Shown here: positions 1 to 7,819 of the stretch, piece after piece | Layout: every line of letters begins with the position of its first letter | How positions within the stretch are numbered: the first letter of the stretch is position 1 | NCBI GenBank assembly: GCA_964010765.1 | Contig: CAXGMD010000030.1 | Coordinates: 1-36,132 of the forward strand | Direction: 5' to 3' | DNA from: an uncultured bacterium | Lineage (GTDB): Bacteria > SAR324 > NAC60-12 | DNA: 36,132 bases | Position numbers and translations under genes: made by a program | Notes under the pieces: generated by a model | What the model saw: the letters and a program-made list of their open reading frames with translations, nothing else | What the model was told of the DNA's origin: nothing | Database searches by the model: none

Positions 1-300
1 CGATCTCTAGAAACACTCTCTATCGTTGCCTATAAACAACCCGTCACACGCGCACAGATTGAATTTCTGAGAGGTGTCGATTCTTCCAGTACCCTGAGAA
101 CATTGCTCCAGCGAAGATTGGTCCGAATTAGTGGTCGAGCTGAACTACCTGGAAGACCCACACTTTATTCAACCACTAAGACCTTTTTGGAGGTTTTCAG
201 TCTACAGTCTTTGAAAGATTTGCCCACTCTGGCTGAGTTGGACATGGAAGATGAATCTCAGGATCAACTCGCTTTACCTCTTATGGAAACTGAGTTGTAA
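1..300 (+). CDS. scpB: SMC-Scp complex subunit ScpB, 5'-truncated at contig start
   Basis: Frame 1 is open from base 1 and reads LETLSIVAYKQPVTRAQIEFLRGVDS...GRAELPGRPTLYSTTKTFLEVFSLQSLKDLP, the conserved ScpB C-terminal half. The ORF-track start at 103 is internal. Confidence 0.93.
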   Translation, partial: RSLETLSIVAYKQPVTRAQIEFLRGVDSSSTLRTLLQRRLVRISGRAELPGRPTLYSTTKTFLEVFSLQSLKDLPTLAELDMEDESQDQLALPLMETEL

Positions 301-491
301 ATTCAAAGAACAAAGGTTTGGGGGATTTGATACCGCAAATCATTATGAATTCATCGAGAAAATTTAGAAGTTTTTGAACGCGCTTTTGCCCGAGGATATG
401 ATGGAACCAATCAATGCCGAACATTGATTGCCTGAATTCTTAACCTGGTAATCAATAAAAAAACTGATCAGTCTAATTAAGGAGAAAATCG

Positions 492-1979
492 ATGACACTT
501 ATTATGGCTTTGGACCAGGGCACAACCAGTTCTCGAACTGTACTCGTCAATGCTATGGGAGAAATTATTGGTCAATCCAGTGCCCCGCTAGATTGCCATT
601 ATCCACAAACTGGGTGGGTAGAGCAGGATCCGTTTCAGATTTGGGAAACCCAGCAAAAGACCATGCTCGATGTGATGCAAAAGACTAATGTAAATATTGA
701 AGAGATTGCCGGGTTGGGGATCACAAATCAGCGTGAAACGACGGTTGTTTGGGAAAAAGTCACTGGAAAACCACTTGCTCCAGCAATTGTTTGGCAATGT
801 AGACGTTCCACGGCAATCTGTGAGCACCTGAAAGCGCAGGGCAAGGAATCATTGATTCGTAAAAAAACCGGATTGGTTTTGGATCCATATTTCTCAGCTA
901 GCAAGATGCGTTGGTTACTCAATGAGATACCTGGACTATCTGAAAGAATGAAAGCTGGTGAAATTTGTTTTGGAACAGTTGATTCTTGGTTGGTCTGGAA
1001 TCTGACCGCAGGGAAAGCTTTCAAAACAGATGTGACCAATGCTTCTAGAACCATGCTTTGTAATCTTGAAACGGCATCCTGGGATGAGGAGTTGTTGGCA
1101 ATATTTGGGATTGAGCTGTCAGCACTTCCTGAAATTGTGCCCTCAAGTGGAAAACTCGCTGAAATTGACAATTCGATTCTTGGTAAATCTATACCCATTG
1201 CTGGAATTGCAGGCGACCAGCAATCAGCATTATTTGGCCAAGCCTGTTTTGAGGTGGGGCAGGCAAAAAATACTTATGGTACAGGCTGTTTTTTGATGCT
1301 TAATGCTGGTTCAAAGCCTGTTGAATCAAAACATCAACTACTCTCAACGATCGCTTGGCAGATTGGTGAGGAACGTACCTATGCTCTTGAGGGGGCTGTT
1401 TTCGTAGCTGGATCACTGATTCAGTGGCTTAGGGACAAAATGGAATTCTTTCAGAATGCCTCTGAAACAGAGAAGATGGCCTTGAGCGTTGAGGATTCAG
1501 ATGGTTGTTACGTGGTGCCCGCATTTGTAGGCTTGGGAGCACCTCATTGGGATGCTTATGCCCGAGGACTAATCATTGGGCTCACTCGTAACACCAGCAA
1601 AGCTCATATCGTGAGAGCAGCACTGGAAGCGATCGCTTATCAGTCAGCTGAAGTTCTCCAATGCATGGAGGCTGACCTTGGGTACCCCCTCCAAGAACTA
1701 AAGATTGATGGGGGAGCCTCAGCAAATAATTTCCTTGCTCAAGATCAAGCTGATATCCTGGGTAGGACCGTCAGACGTCCCAAAAATGCAGAGAGTACCG
1801 CTCTTGGGGCCGCTTTCCTGGCTGGATTGGCAGTTGGAGTATGGCCAAGCATTGAGTCTCTAAAAAGTTGCTGGCAGGAAGATCGAAAATTTGAAGGCAC
1901 TATTTCAGAAGACGAAAGAAATGTTCGTATAACAGGTTGGTTACGTGCTGAAGAGCGTTCTAAAAAATGGATGCAGTAA
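492..1979 (+). CDS. glpK: Glycerol kinase
   Basis: Motifs ALDQGTTSSR, GITNQRETT, IVWQCRR, DPYFSASK, GDQQSALFG, KNTYGTGCF and GLGAPHW. RBS AAGGAG upstream. Confidence 0.97.
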   Translation: MTLIMALDQGTTSSRTVLVNAMGEIIGQSSAPLDCHYPQTGWVEQDPFQIWETQQKTMLDVMQKTNVNIEEIAGLGITNQRETTVVWEKVTGKPLAPAIVWQCRRSTAICEHLKAQGKESLIRKKTGLVLDPYFSASKMRWLLNEIPGLSERMKAGEICFGTVDSWLVWNLTAGKAFKTDVTNASRTMLCNLETASWDEELLAIFGIELSALPEIVPSSGKLAEIDNSILGKSIPIAGIAGDQQSALFGQACFEVGQAKNTYGTGCFLMLNAGSKPVESKHQLLSTIAWQIGEERTYALEGAVFVAGSLIQWLRDKMEFFQNASETEKMALSVEDSDGCYVVPAFVGLGAPHWDAYARGLIIGLTRNTSKAHIVRAALEAIAYQSAEVLQCMEADLGYPLQELKIDGGASANNFLAQDQADILGRTVRRPKNAESTALGAAFLAGLAVGVWPSIESLKSCWQEDRKFEGTISEDERNVRITGWLRAEERSKKWMQ

Positions 1980-2069
1980 AATTGATCTAAGCTTCAATTG
2001 TTTACTGCAAAAGTGTCAAAAAAGTCAGTGTAAGAGCTTTTAAATTACATCTTTTGAGAAAATTGCTTG

Positions 2070-2098
2070 TTGCCCCTAACTCTAACTGCTGATATAGT
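2070..2098 (+). promoter_or_regulatory. Putative sigma70 promoter for the small ORF at 2140
   Basis: TTGCCC (2070-2075), 17-nt spacer, TATAGT (2093-2098) with extended -10 TG at 2090-2091. Confidence 0.5.
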
Positions 2099-2139
2099 TC
2101 CGCTCGTTTTCAGATGGACCCTCTAAATTTTAGAAGGCT

Positions 2140-2322
2140 ATGAAAAAATTATTGTTGGGATTACACCTGTTCTTTCCAAGTTCCATTCTTGCTCATGAGG
2201 GTCTGCATTCGCATCAAAATGAACTCATGCACCCATTTCAGTCTCAATTTACATCCGCTGTTCTTGTTCTCGCAGTAATCATGATTTTAAGGGTCGTTTA
2301 TCTTTCAAGAAAAAATAAGTGA
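2140..2322 (+). CDS. Small (60 aa) exported/membrane protein with His-rich N-terminus
   Basis: MKK + hydrophobic signal ending ILA-HEG, then HEGLHSH...MHP, one TM helix and a basic tail (SRKNK). GAAGG RBS and promoter upstream. Confidence 0.65.
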   Translation: MKKLLLGLHLFFPSSILAHEGLHSHQNELMHPFQSQFTSAVLVLAVIMILRVVYLSRKNK

Positions 2323-2572
2323 CCCAGTAGAGATTTTATCAAGTAAGATTCAATTCTCGTAAACCCCACCCCACTGTCAAAGTCTTGGGCAACTGATTAT
2401 ATTCTCATCACTGTCTATTCGGCCCTAAGGGTTCGAATAACCACCCCACCCCTTGGATCATTGACGATCTGAGCTGTTTCTCAAGATGGTCTGGAATTTG
2501 TTGATGGGACCAAATTCTTTCAACTCAAACTCTGAGTGAAGGCTATTTAATTCCATAATTAAGGAGTACACC

Positions 2573-3574
2573 ATGCGATTTCTAACAATCCTCTTATCAA
2601 CGATCCTCTATGTGACATCCGCCTTTGCGTTGACTCCTATCAAATTTTCTTTGGATTGGAAATTTGAAGGTCCTGCAGCGCCGTACTTTGTTGCCCTGGA
2701 TAAGGGATATTTTGAAGCAGAGGGAATGGATGTGACCATTGACACTGGCCAGGGTTCTCTAGAGGCCATTCCTAGAGTCACTGGGGGGGCGTACGAATTT
2801 GGTTTTGCTGACATAAATTCACTCATCAAATTCCGAGACAAGAATCCGAACATTGATCTCAAAGGAATTTTGATGGTCTACAACAACCCACCATTTGCAA
2901 TTATTTCACTCAAGAAAAGCGGAGTGATGAAGCCCAAAGACCTGGAAGGAAGAATCCTCGGTGCTCCCGCTCCTGACGGTGCTTATGCCCAATGGAAAGC
3001 CTTTGTTGCGGCAAACAACATAAAGGCGAAACAGGTGACCATTGAGAACGTTGGATTTCCCGTTCGAGAGCCGATGCTTGCAGCTGGCGAGGTGGATGCG
3101 ATCACAGGTTTTTCATTCTCATCCTTTTTGAATCTGAAATCTAAAGGAGTAAAGGAAGAAGATATCAATGTGATGTTGATGTCGGATTATGGTCTTAAGC
3201 TTTATGGAAATACGGTGATTGTGAATCCAGATTTTGCTGATGAAAACCCACAACTCGTAAAAGGATTTGTCAGAGCAATTATTCGTGGCTGGATGGATAC
3301 GATTGCAGATCCCAATTCAGCTATAGATCACTTGATGGAACGGAACAAAATTGCTCGTCGTAATGTTGAATTGGAGCGCTTGGAGATGGCTATTCGTGAC
3401 AACGTGATAACGGCTGAAGTTAAAGAACGAGGATTTGGGGATGTGGAAGGTCAGCGACTATCTGAATCAATTAACCAAGTTGGTCTAACCTATGACTTTT
3501 CAAATAAACCAACTGCGGCTTCGGTCTTTACAAGTGAGTATCTGCCTGCAATGAGTCAAAGGAAGGTCAACTGA
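2573..3574 (+). CDS. ABC transporter substrate-binding protein, NMT1/THI5-SsuA family (probable purine/xanthine/urate)
   Basis: Signal peptide (AFA-L), SLDWKFEG, ALDKGYF..EG.DV and LYGN motifs. AAGGAG RBS. Heads the purine cluster. Confidence 0.9.
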   Translation: MRFLTILLSTILYVTSAFALTPIKFSLDWKFEGPAAPYFVALDKGYFEAEGMDVTIDTGQGSLEAIPRVTGGAYEFGFADINSLIKFRDKNPNIDLKGILMVYNNPPFAIISLKKSGVMKPKDLEGRILGAPAPDGAYAQWKAFVAANNIKAKQVTIENVGFPVREPMLAAGEVDAITGFSFSSFLNLKSKGVKEEDINVMLMSDYGLKLYGNTVIVNPDFADENPQLVKGFVRAIIRGWMDTIADPNSAIDHLMERNKIARRNVELERLEMAIRDNVITAEVKERGFGDVEGQRLSESINQVGLTYDFSNKPTAASVFTSEYLPAMSQRKVN

Positions 3575-3575
3575 A

Positions 3576-4358
3576 GTGACCCATTTCGTCGATATTGACG
3601 AGGTTTCAGTATCGTACAACTTGGGCGAACCACCTGTGTTGGAGGGGGCTTCGCTCCAGATGTCCAAAGGTGAATTCGTCGCCCTTGTAGGACCTAGCGG
3701 CTGTGGCAAGTCAACATTTATGAAGCTGATGTCTGGCTTGCTCAAGGCAGATCAGGGTTCTGTCGTGGTTGCGAATCAAGAAGTCACGCGCCCCTTGGGT
3801 AATGTTGGGATGGCATTTCAGAACTCTGTGATGCTTCCCTGGCGAACTACCCTCAACAACCTGTTATTACCCTTGGAGATTGCAAGACCCCATCGAGAAA
3901 CTTTTCGTCAAAACCGGGAAGCTCACGCCAATAAAGCGATAGAGTTACTGAGTTCCGTTGGGTTGGAAAATGTTGCTGAAAAGTTCCCCTGGGAGCTTTC
4001 AGGGGGTATGCGCCAAAGAGCTTCACTTTGTCGAGCTCTGATCCACGAACCTGAAGTATTGATGCTTGATGAGCCTTTTGGGGCTCTGGATGCCTTTACC
4101 CGTGAGGAGCTCTGGTGTGTGCTACGTGACCTCTGGCAAGAGAGAAAATTTACAGTCTTATTGGTTACTCATGACTTGATCGAATCGGCTTTTTTGGCGG
4201 ATAGAGTCTTGGTGATGAGTAATCGACCTAGTCGGGTGATCATGGAACTTGAGATACCTTTTAAGAGGCCCCGAGATCTGGACATTCGTTTTGAGAAGGA
4301 ATTTGTTGACATCGTTCACCAGCTGCGCGACCAAATTCGGACCGCAAGAGCAGCCTAA
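3576..4358 (+). CDS. ABC transporter ATP-binding protein (TauB/SsuB-like)
   Basis: Walker A GPSGCGKST, FPWELSGGMRQR, MLDEPFGALD and VTHD. Confidence 0.95.
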   Translation: MTHFVDIDEVSVSYNLGEPPVLEGASLQMSKGEFVALVGPSGCGKSTFMKLMSGLLKADQGSVVVANQEVTRPLGNVGMAFQNSVMLPWRTTLNNLLLPLEIARPHRETFRQNREAHANKAIELLSSVGLENVAEKFPWELSGGMRQRASLCRALIHEPEVLMLDEPFGALDAFTREELWCVLRDLWQERKFTVLLVTHDLIESAFLADRVLVMSNRPSRVIMELEIPFKRPRDLDIRFEKEFVDIVHQLRDQIRTARAA

Positions 4359-4361
4359 TCG

Positions 4362-5132
4362 ATGGAGTTGATGCAAAAGCAGACCTTAGAAAGATTGGCA
4401 CCATGGTTCGTCACAATCTCCATGTTTCTTCTTTGGGAAATTATCTGTCGATTGGGGGGGATTCCTGAATATTTCCTGCCAGCTCCAACTGTTATCTTTG
4501 ATGCAATGCTTACATTTCATGAGGCACTCATTGAAGACTCTCTCTACACTTTGCTTTCTACTTCTCTGGGGTTTGGAATTGCTGTTGTTTTTGGGTTATT
4601 GCTCGGATTGTTGATTGGTTGGTCTAAAACGATCTACCGAGGGCTTTATCCAGTGATGGTTGGTTTCAACAGCGTTCCAAAAGTGGCTGTTGTCCCAATC
4701 CTGGTATTGTGGTTCGGTATAGGCATAGTGCCCGCCGTACTTACGGCTTTCTTGATTTCTTTTTTCCCAATCGTAGTGAATGTAGCCACCGGTCTTGCTA
4801 CGACTGAACCGGAGTTGGAAGACGTCTTGCGGTCATTGGGGGCCAGCAAGCTGGATATTATGTTGAAAGTAGGAATTCCCGGGGCGATGCCCTTTTTTTT
4901 TGGATCTCTTAAGGTTGCCATCACTCTCGCGTTTGTAGGGGCAGTTGTTTCTGAAACCGTTGCCTCGAATCATGGGGTGGGGCATCTGATGCTCTCAGCT
5001 CAGGCAAATTTTGAAGTTCCCCTTGTCTTCGCTGGTTTACTGGTACTGGCTTTCGAAGGAATCGTCATGTATGCCATTTTCGCTGCAATTGAGCAGCGTA
5101 CCGCAAAATGGGCCTACCGGAGCCATCAGTGA
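4362..5132 (+). CDS. ABC transporter permease (TauC/SsuC-like)
   Basis: Multiple TM helices, VPKVAVVP, WFGIG, FFPIVVN and an EAA-like loop (LRSLGAS). Confidence 0.93.
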   Translation: MELMQKQTLERLAPWFVTISMFLLWEIICRLGGIPEYFLPAPTVIFDAMLTFHEALIEDSLYTLLSTSLGFGIAVVFGLLLGLLIGWSKTIYRGLYPVMVGFNSVPKVAVVPILVLWFGIGIVPAVLTAFLISFFPIVVNVATGLATTEPELEDVLRSLGASKLDIMLKVGIPGAMPFFFGSLKVAITLAFVGAVVSETVASNHGVGHLMLSAQANFEVPLVFAGLLVLAFEGIVMYAIFAAIEQRTAKWAYRSHQ

Positions 5133-6310
5133 TTGAAGCACATCTTCACGAATGGTTGAATCTGGTGGTTCGCTGGATCCACATGATCACTGGGGTTGCT
5201 TGGATAGGGGCTTCATTCTACTTCAATTGGGTTGAGGGGCAGCTGAATCGAAAAGGTCTGAATCCACCCGGTATTGCTGGGGATTTGTGGGCGGTTCATG
5301 GAGGGGGATTCTACCATTCACAGAAATATCAGGTAGCTCCAGAAAAGCTTCCAGAGAAGCTTCATTGGTTCAAGTGGGAAGCTTACATGACTTGGGTCAG
5401 TGGGATGGCACTGCTGATCATCGTTTATTTCTGGCAGGCCGAAACTTATATGGTAGATCCTTCGGTCGCTGATTTGTCAGGCTGGCAAGCGATCGCGATT
5501 AATCTGAGTGCGATGCTCTTAGGCTGGCTGATTTATGATCAGCTATGTCGGTCTCCTTTTGGCCAGCACAACGATTGGATGCTTTATTTGTTCATCATTG
5601 CATTACCAATTGTTGCCTGGGGGTTGGGTCAATTTTTGAGTGGCCGGGCCACCTACATCACCGTGGGAGGAATGATTGGTTCGATGATGGTCGGGAATGT
5701 CTTCTTTGTGATCATCCCGGTACAAAAGAAGATGGTCGGGGCAATGCTAGCTGGTGAGACTCCTGATGGTAAAATGGGAAAGCAGGGTCTTCAACGCTCC
5801 AGACACAATAACTACCTTACACTCCCTGTTTTGCTGATCATGATCAGTAATCATTTCCCAACGACCTTTGGCCATTCCTACCACTGGTTGATTTTGGGCG
5901 TGCTTTCAGTGATTGGAATTGTCGTCAAGCACTATTTCAATTTACGCCACCAAGGTAATCCTCCAAATTGGCTTTTGCCAAGCGCTGCTCTAGCAACCGT
6001 TGCTGTTGTGATTCTATCAGGCCCTTGGATGAGAGAAATGACAGTGAGTGCAGAAATGGTTAGTGACAATCAAGCGATCAACATTGTGCAGCGTCACTGT
6101 ACTTCTTGTCATGCGACTATGCCAACCCAACCAGGTTTTTCTGCTCCGCCGAAGGGTGTTGTCCTGGAGACTGTAGCCCATCTTCGACAATATGCTGCTC
6201 AGGTACAGGCTCAGGCAGTTACCTCAAATATAATGCCCCTGGCAAACCTGACTGGGATGACCCAGGATGAGCGAAATCAACTGGGTGGATGGCTCCAACA
6301 ACATCTATGA
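5129..6310 (+). CDS. puuD: Membrane urate hydroxylase/oxidase with C-terminal cytochrome c
   Basis: RWIHMITGVAWIGASFYF, LWAVHGGGFY, LHWFKWEAY, RSRHNNYLTLPV, MISNH and haem motif CTSCH. Start placed at GTG 5129 (GTGA overlap with the upstream stop, GGAG RBS) rather than 5108. Confidence 0.92.
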   Translation: MIEAHLHEWLNLVVRWIHMITGVAWIGASFYFNWVEGQLNRKGLNPPGIAGDLWAVHGGGFYHSQKYQVAPEKLPEKLHWFKWEAYMTWVSGMALLIIVYFWQAETYMVDPSVADLSGWQAIAINLSAMLLGWLIYDQLCRSPFGQHNDWMLYLFIIALPIVAWGLGQFLSGRATYITVGGMIGSMMVGNVFFVIIPVQKKMVGAMLAGETPDGKMGKQGLQRSRHNNYLTLPVLLIMISNHFPTTFGHSYHWLILGVLSVIGIVVKHYFNLRHQGNPPNWLLPSAALATVAVVILSGPWMREMTVSAEMVSDNQAINIVQRHCTSCHATMPTQPGFSAPPKGVVLETVAHLRQYAAQVQAQAVTSNIMPLANLTGMTQDERNQLGGWLQQHL

Positions 6311-6332
6311 GTCTAAATTTCAAATATTTGAA

Positions 6333-7790
6333 ATGAAACGCGATTACGTATTCTTCTTTTGTAATGGTAAACCAATTCGGGTGAAAGGCTTGGCGGCCTT
6401 TCAGACTCTGTCAACTTGGCTTCGTAAAGACAAACAACTAACCGGAACAAAAGTCGTTTGTGCAGAAGGAGATTGTGGGGCTTGTACGGTCTTGTTGGGG
6501 TGTCCGAGATCAGAAAATATTAAATACGAAGCTGTCAATAGCTGTATTTTGAACGTCCACCAATTGGATGGAATGCATGTAATCACGATCGAAGGTTTAG
6601 CCTGGGGAGATCGGTTGCATCCAGTTCAGCAGGCAATGCGAGATGGGTTTGGGTCACAATGTGGCTATTGTACTCCTGGAATCGTCATGGCACTAGCCGC
6701 AAATGTTTTGGTAGATTCAGAATCCACGAGGAAAAGGTTAACTGCGAAAGAAGCACTGATTGGTAATCTATGCAGGTGTACAGGCTATGAAGCGATCATT
6801 GATTCTGCAGAAGCCTCTAAAAAATTTATTTATTGGAAACTTGCTGACCAATATCCTCCTGGCGCAATCATAAAACAACTCAAAGAAGAGACAAAAATTC
6901 CTTTTGAATTGCAAGAAATTGATCCGTCACTAGAGCAGGAAATACAAAGAAAGTGTTGGAAGCCAAGAACGCTAAAAGACGCTTTAGAAATCAAACTCAA
7001 GCACCCAGAAGCGCGATGGCTGGCTGGCGGGACTGACCTATGTGTCCTGATTAACAAAGAAAGAATCGATCCCAAAGAATTGATTTCGACAAGCGAAATT
7101 CCTGAATTGTGTGGGATCCGAGAGGTAGGGAACCACCTGATTTTCGGCGGAAATGTCAGCTGGAGGGAATTGGAAGGGTGGGCTCAAGTAAATTGGCCTA
7201 ATCTAAAAGACATGTTGGATCTCTTCGCTTCCCCTCAAATCCGCAATCGTGGGACTATTGCGGGTAATCTGGCCAATGCCTCACCGGTAGCTGACAGCTT
7301 ACCTTGGCTATACGTGAGTGAGGCGGAAATTGGCACGTGTGATGGTGAGAAATGGCGTTGGATACCCATCGAAAAGTTTTATAAAGGCTACAAGCTACTG
7401 GATCTCCGACAATGTGAATTGATTGGTGCTATTAGAATTCAAAAGTCTCATCAGAGTTTGTCACAGCGCTTATTTAAGGTATCCAAGAGGAGAGATTTGG
7501 ATATCTCCACATTCACAGCTGCCATTCAATGGCAAATAGTTGAAGGTCGATTTCAACAAATCAGATTGGCTTATGGGGGTGTGGGGCCAACCGTCATTCG
7601 TCTTCACAAAACGGAAAAAGTCCTCTTAAGTAAACCATGCACGCAGGACTTAATTGAAAAAGCTGGTAAAATAGCTGCGGCTGAAATCAGTCCAATTTCG
7701 GATGTACGGTCATCAAATCACTACCGAAATCGTTTGGCAGAGACGATCCTCAAAAAATTCTTTCATGAAGAAATTTCGGTGGCGGCATAA
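6333..7790 (+). CDS. xdhA: Xanthine dehydrogenase FeS/FAD subunit
   Basis: GTKVVCAEGDCGAC, SQCGYCTPG and GNLCRCTGY (2Fe-2S), AGGTD, FASPQIRNRGTIAGNLANASPVAD, KVSKRRDLDIS. Probable start ATG 6333; the track start at 6267 overlaps puuD. Confidence 0.93.
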   Translation: MKRDYVFFFCNGKPIRVKGLAAFQTLSTWLRKDKQLTGTKVVCAEGDCGACTVLLGCPRSENIKYEAVNSCILNVHQLDGMHVITIEGLAWGDRLHPVQQAMRDGFGSQCGYCTPGIVMALAANVLVDSESTRKRLTAKEALIGNLCRCTGYEAIIDSAEASKKFIYWKLADQYPPGAIIKQLKEETKIPFELQEIDPSLEQEIQRKCWKPRTLKDALEIKLKHPEARWLAGGTDLCVLINKERIDPKELISTSEIPELCGIREVGNHLIFGGNVSWRELEGWAQVNWPNLKDMLDLFASPQIRNRGTIAGNLANASPVADSLPWLYVSEAEIGTCDGEKWRWIPIEKFYKGYKLLDLRQCELIGAIRIQKSHQSLSQRLFKVSKRRDLDISTFTAAIQWQIVEGRFQQIRLAYGGVGPTVIRLHKTEKVLLSKPCTQDLIEKAGKIAAAEISPISDVRSSNHYRNRLAETILKKFFHEEISVAA

Positions 7791-7819
7791 TGAAACATTT
7801 AATGAGTATATGAAGAGGC

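Noticed and set aside
301..491. Small ORF or ncRNA between scpB and glpK
   Set aside because: Only very short ORFs and one 6-bp hairpin (GATTTG/CAAATC); insufficient evidence.
599..607. Perfect DnaA box TTATCCACA
   Set aside because: Single copy inside the glpK coding sequence, with no cluster or origin context.
728..1198. Antisense and alternate-frame ORFs of 60-156 aa (this one and similar ones throughout)
   Set aside because: All lie within well-supported genes and show no recognisable motifs.
2323..2572. TPP, guanine or canonical xanthine riboswitch upstream of the NMT1/THI5-like gene
   Set aside because: No CTGAGA...ACCTG TPP core or TTTCTACC purine-riboswitch core, and I could not match the NMT1 motif by eye. 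Kept only as an unassigned structured leader.
5339..5362. Tandem repeat CCAGAAAAGCTT-CCAGAGAAGCTT
   Set aside because: It simply encodes PEKLPEKL within puuD; two copies only.
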